Shown here: positions 1 through 8,705 of the stretch, one piece after another
How positions within the stretch are numbered: position 1 is the first letter of the stretch
How the letters are laid out: each line of letters starts with the position of its first letter
The notes under the pieces: generated by a model
The model's input: the letters and a program-made list of their open reading frames with translations, nothing else
Told to the model about the DNA's origin: nothing
Databases searched by the model: none
Virus record (IMG/VR): IMGVR_UViG_3300037067_012088
Location: 32,001 to 96,000 of that record
DNA length: 64,000 bases
Origin: a virus
Lineage: Duplodnaviria; Caudoviricetes
Strand: one strand, 5' to 3'
Made by a program: the position numbers and the translations under genes

Positions 1-28
1 CTTCTGCGTTCTTTACCATACCTTAACT

Positions 29-630
29 GCCCCAATATAGGGGCGACTACCATCCTTCCGCCATCCCAGAAATGGAGCGACGCCCATAGAAGAAAGGGGA
101 GCATCCCCCGAGTAGATGGAGATTGCCTCGACAGCACCTCTGCGAGTAGCGACACTGGACGGCCTAAATCTTGCCAGTTAGCCCAAATGAAGGTCCCAAA
201 TACATGGTGAAAGCCGAGATCGCCCGCAAGGGTGATGTAAGCCGCTTAGTATGGGCATGGATTATCTTGCGTAACGCATAACATGTGCCAGAAACGGCGA
301 GTGACGCGAGTGGAAAAATCATATCCTATCCAGACAACCTGACACGTTGTCTTGTCTTAACCGAGCGTATCTGACCGATGGTTCCCCGAAAGGGGGTCTA
401 AGTTGAGGGTAGGTTAATAGCCTATCGGAGTTTCAGTGCCCACACTCCAATCTTGGCAACGAGATACCCGACTTCTTTGTATCGCGAGTAGATCAATTCG
501 CGGCTACTACCTATCTAAGGCGAAGCTATGTCTAGACTGGTAGGTCCGCAATCGAGTAGATAAGGTCACTCCGTTCCCTGCGGTTCGCCCTTCAGGGGGC
601 TCACCGGTCGCTCTACGCTTCGCTTCGAGC
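29..630 (+). ncRNA. Candidate large structured ncRNA (GOLLD/ROOL-like class, family not established)
   Basis: No ORF >=60 aa. Dense hairpins with GNRA loops in + orientation: ATCGCCC-GCAA-GGGTGAT 219-236, TCCCC-GAAA-GGGGG 383-396, ATCTTG-GCAA-CGAGAT 450-465, GGT-GAAA-GCC 206-215. Long-range pair GCCCATA 82-88 with TATGGGC 250-256. CGAGTAG occurs four times. Boundaries approximate. Confidence 0.6.
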
Positions 631-884
631 AAGATGTTATTCAATTCATGGCAATCCTCCCAATCCCGTCTGCTCAACCTGCCTTAGCTACCTCAGTCAA
701 CCCGCACCCTTTTCTCACTCCCTCACCAGTTTCGTTCCCCCTCTCTCTCCCGAATCAGCCCGTCACCGGATCAAGTCCGATACCAAGATATCTTGATACC
801 AAGTAACTGTATATGGGGAATATTGAGGTATCTGGTTACCCGGCCGCCAAAAACCCGCTCCTGAGAAATAGTCTCAATATCCAG

Positions 885-913
885 TTGACAAGGTCGTCGA
901 ACTCCGTTATGAT
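885..913 (+). promoter_or_regulatory. Sigma70-type promoter TTGACA-N17-TATGAT
   Basis: Near-consensus hexamers upstream of the 958 operon. Confidence 0.8.
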
Positions 914-957
914 AGCTACGTTACCCTTCTTCAGACACGATACTCCCCTCTCAGCCA

Positions 958-1428
958 ATGACGATTCTCGGTATCAAAACCGCCCTGCTTAAGCACTTCT
1001 CCGCTAACGACATATTCGATCCCGTCAAGCACTCCTTGACCTTGGTTAACGACAAGGGAACGGAGGACCACGTAGACAAGATGCTGGGCGTAGCCTTGGA
1101 TCAGCTCGAAGAAATTGGACTGGTGAAGAAACTTGGCGGCGCAGCCGACAACCCTAGCGGAGCGACAGTATGGGTCCTTGTTCTCCCGCTCGAACTGGTC
1201 CCGCAACCGGTCTATCTTGAGCGCGATTTGGCCGGTGTCGTAGCTGACGTAATCAACCACTACAACGAGATGGAGGAAATCGAGGTGGAGTGTGACCCGG
1301 GCAAGATTGACGCCGCCGACATTGCGCGTCTGATTAACATCATCCAGAACTGGGAAGACGAGATGGAGGATGAGCCACCGGAGAAGGGTGGTGGAAGCCT
1401 CAAGGACTATAAGTCGGGGATTAACTGA
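958..1428 (+). CDS. Hypothetical protein
   Basis: 156-aa ORF heading a tightly packed operon. Confidence 0.75.
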   Translation: MTILGIKTALLKHFSANDIFDPVKHSLTLVNDKGTEDHVDKMLGVALDQLEEIGLVKKLGGAADNPSGATVWVLVLPLELVPQPVYLERDLAGVVADVINHYNEMEEIEVECDPGKIDAADIARLINIIQNWEDEMEDEPPEKGGGSLKDYKSGIN

Positions 1429-1429
1429 C

Positions 1430-1735
1430 ATGGACGAGACTGATTTCGACATCTTCCTGCGTATCCTCAACGAGGCTTATGCCGCCGACCCGGCCGCGAT
1501 TGATGCGCTCGTCTGTAACCGAGTTCCGTGCTCACGGTCTCTGGCTGATCATCCTACCATTCAGGTGGAGATGATGTCGCTTTTTGGAAGAGAAGACTAC
1601 TCGGTGGGCCTGCTAGGGGTCGTAAATGGACTATGTGAGGCTATCACAGGAAAGCGTGTCGCAGTCAAGTTCTCAGAACCCGATGCCGAGACTGGGCAAG
1701 GCAAGATTCTTGGATTCACGGAGTATCAGCCATGA
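1430..1735 (+). CDS. Hypothetical protein
   Basis: ATG 1 nt after the previous stop; ATGA overlap with the next gene. Confidence 0.7.
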   Translation: MDETDFDIFLRILNEAYAADPAAIDALVCNRVPCSRSLADHPTIQVEMMSLFGREDYSVGLLGVVNGLCEAITGKRVAVKFSEPDAETGQGKILGFTEYQP

Positions 1736-2274
1736 TCTCCGATTCCGAACTCATCTCACGCATCAAGGAGCAGGCCGACAACGCCGCCACCCTTGAACTC
1801 ATCAACCGCCATTCTGGTGTCTACATCGACGTGATCAACCAGTATGCCTTCTCGCCTAAGATCCAGATGCCCGAATTGAAGGACGACCGCATGTTCAACA
1901 TCTTCTCGTGGATCAAGACCTTTGATCCTACCAAGGAGACTCAGTTTGGCAGCTACGTGGGCAAGAAGACGCGCTGGATGTGTCTCAACATCATCAATCG
2001 AGACGCGGAGAGTGTTGAGATGGATGTTAACTCGCCCAACACGGATATGGACACACAGGGCGCGGCGGAGATGCATTCGGACGCGGCGGAGGTGAGTGCC
2101 GAAACGGCCAAGATCGATGACCCAGTTTTCTGGCGGATATTCAAGCTGCGGTTTGACGGGAAACGGCCAAAATCGTGGCGCTCGATTGGCGAGCAAATCA
2201 ACTTGTCTCATGAGGGCGCGCGAAAGCACTTCCTTAAGCACATCGGGGCGGTAAGGGAGCAACTCGCCGTATGA
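1732..2274 (+). CDS. Phage RNA polymerase sigma factor (sigma70 family, regions 2 and 4)
   Basis: Region 2-like 'IKTFDPTKETQFGSYV' and region 4 HTH 'IFKLRF..PKSWRSIGEQINLSHEGAR'. Confidence 0.8.
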   Translation: MISDSELISRIKEQADNAATLELINRHSGVYIDVINQYAFSPKIQMPELKDDRMFNIFSWIKTFDPTKETQFGSYVGKKTRWMCLNIINRDAESVEMDVNSPNTDMDTQGAAEMHSDAAEVSAETAKIDDPVFWRIFKLRFDGKRPKSWRSIGEQINLSHEGARKHFLKHIGAVREQLAV

Positions 2275-2474
2275 CAGACCCCAAACTGGCTTCCCTCACC
2301 TACTCTCCCACCACCATGATTTACACGGTCTGGCAGCGTGGCACCACCATCGCTCTCAAGGATTACCTCAAGTCCCTTGGTGAGGCGGCGGACTGGTGCG
2401 TGGCCAATGGATGGGAGTTGCAGAGTCCTGCGCCGATACACATTACCCCAGAATCTACTACATATGACAACTGA
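2271..2474 (+). CDS. Hypothetical protein
   Basis: ATGA-coupled 67-aa ORF. Confidence 0.55.
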   Translation: MTDPKLASLTYSPTTMIYTVWQRGTTIALKDYLKSLGEAADWCVANGWELQSPAPIHITPESTTYDN

Positions 2475-3558
2475 TACTAAGGATTTTTCGCTCGACGTGG
2501 CCATAAACGGATTGAGCTTCGGAGCAGTCTCCATCGGCATCCTTCGCGAGTGCTACAAACGCGGTCTCCATCCCTCCGTCTTCCCGCTTCAGGGTCAAGT
2601 TGACCTTGGCGCCCAAAAGCCCGATGACGGCTTCAACAAGTGGCTCGGGAACTGCATCAACAAGGCGCATAAGGAGGCGTCGCGCCAGAATACCGCGATC
2701 AAGCTTTGGCATCTCCAAGGCGGACTCAACTCCTACAGCGCCACCAATTCTCGCCTGATCACGTTCCACGAGACCGATCAGATCACGCCTACCGAAATCA
2801 ACGTGCTCAAAAACCAATCTCGTGTCTACGTCACCAGCACTTTCACTCAGCAGGTGTTCAAGATGTTCGGCGTTGAGAGCGAGTATCTCCCGCTTGGATT
2901 CGATTCACACAACTTCCACGTGCTACCGGAACGCCCGCGAGTCAAGGACGTGATTTCGTTTGGTCTAGGGGGTAAGCTCGAAATCCGCAAGGGGCATCTC
3001 AAGGTGCTGGCTCTGTGGGCCAAGAAATACGGTAACAAGCGTGAGTATCGCCTGAACTGTGCTCTCAGTAACCCTTTTCTCAAACCCGAGGTATGGAACG
3101 GCATGGTAGGTCAGGCACTGGAGGGCAAGCAGTATTACAATATCAACTTCCTGAATCACATGCCAACGAACGCTGAGTATAATCAGTTCCTCCAAGCCAA
3201 CGACATCTATCTGGCCATGTCGGGCGGCGAAGGTCGCGACTTGCCGGCGTATCACTCGGTGGCATTGGGGGCTCATATCGTGGCACTCAAGGCTCACGCC
3301 TACAACGACTATCTTACGGATGCGAATGCGGTGCTTGTGACCCCCAATGGGAAGCGTCCGGCAGCGGATGGCGTCTTCTTTCACCCGAATACCCCTTTCA
3401 ACTCGGGCAACTTCTTCGACTTTGGCGAAGACGACTTCCTTGCGGCGTGCGAGAAAGCTGAGGCGCGAGTTAAGACGGGTATCAACGTCGCCGGTCTTGA
3501 GCTACAGAAGCTGACCTACGCGGACACGGTTGACGTGCTACTGAAGGATCTCAAGTGA
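2464..3558 (+). CDS. Glycosyltransferase, GT-B fold (GT4-like)
   Basis: 'LPLGFDSHNF', 'KLEIRKGH', 'SGGEGRDLP' (EGFGLP-like motif); start moved to ATG 2464. Confidence 0.8.
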   Translation: MTTDTKDFSLDVAINGLSFGAVSIGILRECYKRGLHPSVFPLQGQVDLGAQKPDDGFNKWLGNCINKAHKEASRQNTAIKLWHLQGGLNSYSATNSRLITFHETDQITPTEINVLKNQSRVYVTSTFTQQVFKMFGVESEYLPLGFDSHNFHVLPERPRVKDVISFGLGGKLEIRKGHLKVLALWAKKYGNKREYRLNCALSNPFLKPEVWNGMVGQALEGKQYYNINFLNHMPTNAEYNQFLQANDIYLAMSGGEGRDLPAYHSVALGAHIVALKAHAYNDYLTDANAVLVTPNGKRPAADGVFFHPNTPFNSGNFFDFGEDDFLAACEKAEARVKTGINVAGLELQKLTYADTVDVLLKDLK

Positions 3559-3800
3559 ACCGCTTTCCCCCATGGCTCCTTGAGCTAACCACGAATCCCG
3601 ACGACAAGGATGTGCGTTTCCATCTAGCGCGCTTCGAGGGTCCCGTCACCGGTTCCTATTACGGTATCCATGCGTCTATGCCTTATCAACCCCATTCGGG
3701 TTACATGCTTGATGGTCAACTCTACCCCTTGACGGCTTTCAAACCAATCCAGTATCTGCCCGGCAGCGGATGTGGGCTCGTCACCTATGAGCGCGTCTAA
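3555..3800 (+). CDS. Hypothetical protein
   Basis: GTGA-coupled ORF within the operon. Confidence 0.5.
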   Translation: MNRFPPWLLELTTNPDDKDVRFHLARFEGPVTGSYYGIHASMPYQPHSGYMLDGQLYPLTAFKPIQYLPGSGCGLVTYERV

Positions 3801-4590
3801 ACGTATTCTCGTGATCGGAGATACCTGCGAAGATCGCTTCGTCAGTGTGGACGCGAATCGATTGTCACCTGAAGTGCCCGTCGCTGTGGTTTCTCCCTAC
3901 TCCACCACCTCGAACCCCGGTATGGCCGGCAACGTCGCAGCCAATATCCAGTCCCTCGCACCTGAGTGGACCGTGGTGACCCGCTTTCCCGACAAGCCCT
4001 CCATCAAGACGCGCTACGTGGATCGCAAGACCAATCACCACTTCATCCGCATTGATGACGATGTCCATCCCGAACCGCTTGACGGCATCGACTGGCTTAG
4101 CTCCATCAGGATGTGTCCCAATGCCATTGTGCTTTCGGACTATGCCAAGGGCTACCTAACCCGCGATAACATGGAGCGCGTCGCCCGGTTCTGCGCGACT
4201 AATCGCCTTCCCGTTTTCGCCGACACCAAAGCCCTTTTGGGTAGCTGGTCTAACCTCATCACCTTCGTCAAGATCAACGCTCTTGAATTCGACAACCAAA
4301 TCAAAGCCGGAATCTCACCGTGGAAAGAGTGCCAGCATCTTATCGTGACCCGTGGGGGCGCCGGCATTGACCTTTATGCGCAAGATGGCTCTATCGCTCA
4401 TCACGTTGATGCGGTCGGCGGAGAGGTTGTAGATCTTGCGGGTGCGGGTGACAGCACTCTAGCGGCCTTGACTGTAGGCTACATGGAAACCGGAGACATC
4501 AAGCAAGCCATGTCCTTCGCGGCGCGCGTGGCGGGGATTGCGGTGTCAAAACGCGGTGTGGTGGCGGTAAAACGGGAGGAAGTGAAGTGA
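3787..4590 (+). CDS. hldA: D-glycero-D-manno-heptose-7-phosphate kinase (HldE/RfaE domain I, PfkB family)
   Basis: 'ILVIGD', 'NRLSPEVPV', 'GMAGNVAANI', 'LSDYAKG', 'DLAGAGDS' anion-hole motif. Confidence 0.85.
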   Translation: MSASKRILVIGDTCEDRFVSVDANRLSPEVPVAVVSPYSTTSNPGMAGNVAANIQSLAPEWTVVTRFPDKPSIKTRYVDRKTNHHFIRIDDDVHPEPLDGIDWLSSIRMCPNAIVLSDYAKGYLTRDNMERVARFCATNRLPVFADTKALLGSWSNLITFVKINALEFDNQIKAGISPWKECQHLIVTRGGAGIDLYAQDGSIAHHVDAVGGEVVDLAGAGDSTLAALTVGYMETGDIKQAMSFAARVAGIAVSKRGVVAVKREEVK

Positions 4591-5162
4591 TCACTACAGG
4601 AGAGCGTATTCAGCACGACCCTTGGGGGAAAGCCTATACTCTCATCAATAACGGGAGTCAGCCATCGGGCGTGAACTATGTCCCCTATTTCGATATACCG
4701 AACAAGTTTCCGATCACATACGGCCCCCCTACTGAGACATCGACCAACCCCGGCATTCAACCTATCACATTCGCTACTCCTACCTACCACGCCAAGGGGT
4801 GGGGCGAAGAATTGTGGGTGGCTTCGAACGACAAATACTGCGGCAAGATACTCAGGTTTGCCAAGGGGAAAAAGATGTCGCGACACAGTCATGACATAAA
4901 ATCGGAAAGCTGGCTAGTCACTCAAGGAAAACTCAAGATGACATGGTTTGACCTATCTAATGCAGACGAGAAGGAGCGGATTCTCGTTTCCATGGATGTG
5001 GTTCATATCCCGCGTGGCAACCCCCACCAGCTGGAAGCATTAGAGGACTCCGAGGTCTTTGAGGTGAGTGACGCTGACCGGAGTTGGGACAACTACAGGA
5101 TCGGCAAAGGAGACTCGCAGCAAGAGACTCATCTATCTCCCGGTTCACTAGGATACCAATGA
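4587..5162 (+). CDS. Cupin-domain protein (sugar-phosphate isomerase-like)
   Basis: 'KGWGEELW', 'SRHSHDIKSESW', 'HIPRGNPHQL' cupin metal-binding motifs. Confidence 0.75.
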   Translation: MITTGERIQHDPWGKAYTLINNGSQPSGVNYVPYFDIPNKFPITYGPPTETSTNPGIQPITFATPTYHAKGWGEELWVASNDKYCGKILRFAKGKKMSRHSHDIKSESWLVTQGKLKMTWFDLSNADEKERILVSMDVVHIPRGNPHQLEALEDSEVFEVSDADRSWDNYRIGKGDSQQETHLSPGSLGYQ

Positions 5163-5626
5163 CTCTCCCCAAGCTTTGCCTTATCGATAGGGATTCGACC
5201 CTCAACTTCGCTTCCTCCGACCCCGAGTCGCCGCTCTACTACATCACGGACCCCTCTTGTCTCGTGCTCAAGCCCGGCGCGCGCGAGGCGATTCATCTAC
5301 TCAAGGCCCACGGCATCCCCATGATTCTCGTGACTCGTCAGCGGTGCGTCAGCAAAGGCCTCGTTTCGCGCGAAACCGTGGAAGCCATTCATGCGCGACT
5401 TGAGGTTCTTTTGGGTATCGAGTTTGACGGTATCTGCGTTGAGGAAACGGCGGAAGATAAGGGAGCCCTGTATCACGCCATTCTGTCCAACTACCCCATG
5501 AAGCCAGAAGAAGTCGTGCTGTTCGATGATTCGGGCAAAGAGCTTTACGTTGCCAGCCAGATGGGGATACAAACCTATGCCGGAGCCGAACTCCTTGAGT
5601 CAGTAAAACACCTCCTCCACCTATGA
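5159..5626 (+). CDS. gmhB: D-glycero-D-manno-heptose 1,7-bisphosphate phosphatase (HAD IIIA)
   Basis: 'IDRDSTLN' DxDxT motif, 'LKPGAREAI', 'VTRQ', 'FDDS', plus gene context; lacks the usual Cys-rich Zn loop. Confidence 0.75.
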   Translation: MTLPKLCLIDRDSTLNFASSDPESPLYYITDPSCLVLKPGAREAIHLLKAHGIPMILVTRQRCVSKGLVSRETVEAIHARLEVLLGIEFDGICVEETAEDKGALYHAILSNYPMKPEEVVLFDDSGKELYVASQMGIQTYAGAELLESVKHLLHL

Positions 5627-5961
5627 ACACTCTCCTCATTCCCTGTAAGCCCGGCCAAGTGTCTGATGGCTACCATACCTTCGATGAGCTATACGAGCAT
5701 CGCTGCACCCTGTTCCTAGCGCTGATGAAGGCCGCGCCCGGATTGGCGTGGTTCAGTGATAAACACCATGATGGCTCCCAATGGGACGGCTGGTTTATTG
5801 CGGGCATGTGCTTGCCGAGCGGAGATGTGTCCTATCACCTTCCCTCGTCCATGTGGACGTTGGCGTTTCAGACCGGCGCGAAGATGTTGGAGAGGGGGCG
5901 CGAGTGGGATGGTCACACGTCAGCAGATGTAGTGAAGCGCATTCAGGAGTGGATTCGGTGA
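5623..5961 (+). CDS. Conserved phage protein (SDGYHTF...WDGH family)
   Basis: 'SDGYHTFDELYEHR' and 'WDGH' motifs. Confidence 0.7.
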   Translation: MNTLLIPCKPGQVSDGYHTFDELYEHRCTLFLALMKAAPGLAWFSDKHHDGSQWDGWFIAGMCLPSGDVSYHLPSSMWTLAFQTGAKMLERGREWDGHTSADVVKRIQEWIR

Positions 5962-6116
5962 AGACCTATCGCCAACAAGTTGAGGATAACGCCGTAATCG
6001 GGATGCGAGTCTACCGGCAGCGTGGGCCAATGTGGGTTAAGGCTATCTTGACGCTGGTCCTCCCTTTCGCCGCGATTTGGTGGGCGATTCGACCCCTATT
6101 CTACAAGGAAACATGA
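5958..6116 (+). CDS. Small membrane protein
   Basis: GTGA/ATGA coupling at both ends; one hydrophobic segment. Confidence 0.55.
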   Translation: MKTYRQQVEDNAVIGMRVYRQRGPMWVKAILTLVLPFAAIWWAIRPLFYKET

Positions 6117-6511
6117 AAACACTCGTATTCACAGCGGGGTGCTTCGACTCACTCCACAAGGGCCATCTCAAGCTCCTCACCGAGGCGCGCACACTGGGTG
6201 ACTTGCTCATCGTATCCATCAACCGCGACGAGTATCTGGCGCGCAAGGGTCCCGGTCGCCCGATTCGCACGGAAGCCGAGCGGGTGCGTGACCTGTATCA
6301 AACGGGACTGATCGATGAAGTGGTTGTCCATGGAGATTCGCCGTTGGAGTGGGTGGTTAAGCTGAAGCCCGATGTCATCGTGGTGGGAGACGACTATACC
6401 GAGGAGACCACGGTGGGCGCGAGGGAGATTAAGGAATGGAATGGTCGGGTTCACATCGTGGAGAAGATCCCCGGAGTGAGCACGACGGCGATATTGGAGG
6501 AAGCGAAATGA
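6113..6511 (+). CDS. hldC: Heptose-1-phosphate adenylyltransferase (HldE/RfaE domain II)
   Basis: 'FTAGCFDSLHKGH' HxGH motif, 'KGPGRPI', 'VGDDY', 'GVSTT'. Confidence 0.88.
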   Translation: MKTLVFTAGCFDSLHKGHLKLLTEARTLGDLLIVSINRDEYLARKGPGRPIRTEAERVRDLYQTGLIDEVVVHGDSPLEWVVKLKPDVIVVGDDYTEETTVGAREIKEWNGRVHIVEKIPGVSTTAILEEAK

Positions 6512-7470
6512 AGCGTATAACCGTCACAGGCGGATTCGGTTTTATCGGCAGCAATTTGGTCGCCCATCTCAACAGGCGTGGTATCGTGCCCGATGTTGTG
6601 GTGCGCACTCTCGATGAGCAGTGGCGCAATGTGGCGGGTCTGTCGTTCAAACTCATTACCCCCGACGAGATAGTGGACGGTTCAACCGTTGTGGCTCTGG
6701 GCGCGAATGTGGACACGACCGAACCCATGAATCCGACCCTATGGGAGAACAACGTGAACGGTCTACTGGACCTTTGGCGTAAGACAAGGGTGCGGGGCGG
6801 CAGATTCATCTACGCCTCATCTGGCAGCGTTTATGGATCAGAAGAGAAAGACTTTACTGAGCGTATCCATGGTCTCCGGCCGCTTAATGCCTACGCCTTC
6901 TCGAAGCTCCAGATTGACAATACCCTGTTTGGCGGCCTGAAGGAAGCGGACACCTACGGACTGCGTTTCACGAACATCTACGGGCCGCGAGAGAGGCATA
7001 AGGGAGACATGGCCAGTCTGGTGCATAAGGGGTTGACCAAGCAGTTTCCTTTATACGGTTCGACCAATCACGTATATGACCTTAAAAGTCCCAAAAAACC
7101 TTGTTGGCGACTCTTTAAGTCCCATCGTCCCGACATCAAGGATGGAGAGCAGGCCCGTGACTTCTGCTATGTGGAAGACGTATGCCTGGTCATCGAGTTC
7201 TTCTTGGAGGGAGACCAAGCTCCCGGTCTCTACAATTTAGGCACGGGAACAGCCCGCACCTTCAATGACCTCGTCAAAGCGGTTGACCCCGCTCTCCCTA
7301 TCGAGTATACGGACATGCCTGAGGTGTTGCGTAACCAGTATCAGTATTACGCGAAGGCTGACATCACGAAGCTCAGGGCGGCCGGCTACAAAGCCCCCTT
7401 CCTCACCCTAGAGGAGGGAATCGAGAAGACGCGGGAATGGATGAAGCGAGAGGGACAGATTGTCGGGTAA
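6508..7470 (+). CDS. hldD: ADP-L-glycero-D-manno-heptose 6-epimerase
   Basis: 'VTGGFGFIGSN', 'YASSGSVYG', 'PLNAYAFSK', 'YGPRERHKGDMAS', 'LFKSHRPDIKDGEQARDF', 'QYQYYAKADITKLRAAGY'. Confidence 0.9.
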   Translation: MKRITVTGGFGFIGSNLVAHLNRRGIVPDVVVRTLDEQWRNVAGLSFKLITPDEIVDGSTVVALGANVDTTEPMNPTLWENNVNGLLDLWRKTRVRGGRFIYASSGSVYGSEEKDFTERIHGLRPLNAYAFSKLQIDNTLFGGLKEADTYGLRFTNIYGPRERHKGDMASLVHKGLTKQFPLYGSTNHVYDLKSPKKPCWRLFKSHRPDIKDGEQARDFCYVEDVCLVIEFFLEGDQAPGLYNLGTGTARTFNDLVKAVDPALPIEYTDMPEVLRNQYQYYAKADITKLRAAGYKAPFLTLEEGIEKTREWMKREGQIVG

Positions 7471-7491
7471 GGGGACCCGAGAACGGTGTAT
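7466..7491 (+). promoter_or_regulatory. Phage late-type promoter GGTAAGG-N12-GGTGTAT
   Basis: Matches the motif found upstream of the structural genes. Confidence 0.7.
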
Positions 7492-7531
7492 CTCAAACAA
7501 GACATGTTGGATATCGAGACGAACGACTAAG

Positions 7532-7741
7532 ATGAGACAGACCAACGGGGTGCTTCACCCATATTCCATGGAGCCGAAGTCGGCATACAATGAGAGGTTC
7601 CTCAACAGCCCGCGCATGATTGACTTGTTCCCCGACACCACCCAGCGGCGTGAGATGGCTGATCAAGCTTTCGCTGAAAAGTGGGAGAACGCCCTTGTGC
7701 GCGTGACCAAGTTGGACGGGACGATGTTCTTTATTGACTGA
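7532..7741 (+). CDS. Small hypothetical protein
   Basis: ATG 40 nt after a late-type promoter; 'RFL..M..LFPD..QR' pattern resembles a small domain seen near phage head genes. Confidence 0.55.
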   Translation: MRQTNGVLHPYSMEPKSAYNERFLNSPRMIDLFPDTTQRREMADQAFAEKWENALVRVTKLDGTMFFID

Positions 7742-7751
7742 CGGCCCCCTT

Positions 7752-8213
7752 ATGCCTTACTACCTCTTTGAGCGGCCCGACACGGGCGACACGACGGAAG
7801 TGTTCTTTCATATGTCCGACGACAAGGTCTTCAACGGCGAAGACGGCACCGAGGTAGGACTGTGGAAGCGCGTCTATGTGAATCCTCAAGTCTCCACGGA
7901 CACCAACATCGACCCCTTCGACAAGAATGCTTTCATCAACACGCAGCATCACAAGCGCGAGACCTTGGGCACCGCTTTTGACCGTAGTGCCGAACTGAGC
8001 GAGAAGCGCGCCGCGCTAAGAGGTGGCGTGGACCCCATCAAGAAGGCCGCCCTCGACAACTATGCCGCCAAGCGTCATGGAAAGCGTCATCCCGATGAGC
8101 TTAAGCAGGGGGTCAAGAAGGCTACCGATGAGGCGAACAAGGCTCTCAGCAAGCTTGGTATCAAGATCAATCTCAATCAGCCCGTTTCGCGTCGGCTGGC
8201 GGGTAAGGTGTGA
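7752..8213 (+). CDS. FmdB-like protein (degenerate zinc ribbon)
   Basis: 'MPYYLFERPDTGDTTEVFFHMSD' FmdB-type N-terminus without cysteines. Confidence 0.6.
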   Translation: MPYYLFERPDTGDTTEVFFHMSDDKVFNGEDGTEVGLWKRVYVNPQVSTDTNIDPFDKNAFINTQHHKRETLGTAFDRSAELSEKRAALRGGVDPIKKAALDNYAAKRHGKRHPDELKQGVKKATDEANKALSKLGIKINLNQPVSRRLAGKV

Positions 8214-8217
8214 GTAG

Positions 8218-8424
8218 CTAGGTGGATTGACCGCTTATCTGAGCGCGCCGCCACTGATTTCGATAGCGAGTAAACCATATCCATTCGGCCCGCTCTCTTC
8301 CAATCGACGTTCCCACCCTCTCTGACTCAAGCCATTCTATCTTGTCTATCTCCTTCTGCTCTAACAGATACTGCTGATAGTAGTCTGAGGTCTCAATGGG
8401 GAAGGGATTATGATGACCTGTCAT
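8218..8424 (-). CDS. Small protein resembling DUF4032-like proteins of Verrucomicrobia
   Basis: 'YQQYLLEQKEIDKIEWLESERVGTSIGRERA..W..RYR..WR' pattern, recalled not searched; start may be 8442. Confidence 0.65.
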   Translation of the reverse strand: MTGHHNPFPIETSDYYQQYLLEQKEIDKIEWLESERVGTSIGRERAEWIWFTRYRNQWRRAQISGQST

Positions 8425-8435
8425 GCGAAAAAGAG

Positions 8436-8463
8436 TTGACATGGAACCCAAGGATGGTATGAT
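8436..8463 (+). promoter_or_regulatory. Sigma70-type promoter TTGACA-N16-TATGAT
   Basis: Consensus hexamers with TGn extended -10. Confidence 0.7.
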
Positions 8464-8481
8464 AAGAGATACACATAAGAC

Positions 8482-8673
8482 ATGACCGCTTCACTCAAAG
8501 CTACCCTAGACTCAATCCTCAACCAGTGGTTGGAAGATCAAGATACACATGACGACCGTCCCGCAGGATACGCTTGCGATGGACTCGCCGAACTGATGGC
8601 TGACGCCGCTGCTGCGGTTTACGAAGCCTCGCACGCGGGTGCTGTCAAGGGCGAACAGGAAGCTAAGGCATAA
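8482..8673 (+). CDS. Hypothetical protein
   Basis: 63-aa ORF following the promoter. Confidence 0.6.
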   Translation: MTASLKATLDSILNQWLEDQDTHDDRPAGYACDGLAELMADAAAAVYEASHAGAVKGEQEAKA

Positions 8674-8705
8674 GCCCAATCAACTTAACCAACCCAAAAC
8701 ATACT

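Noticed and set aside
1-17. Late promoter upstream box (CTTTACC) or terminator tail at the window start
   Set aside because: The partner element would lie outside the window, so it cannot be supported
648-806. 52-aa Pro/Ser-rich ORF
   Set aside because: Low complexity arising from the pyrimidine tract; no supporting signals
2464-7470. Bacterial LPS locus (prophage flank or chimera)
   Set aside because: Genes are interleaved and coupled with phage-type small ORFs and share phage promoter motifs; no housekeeping genes or integrase present
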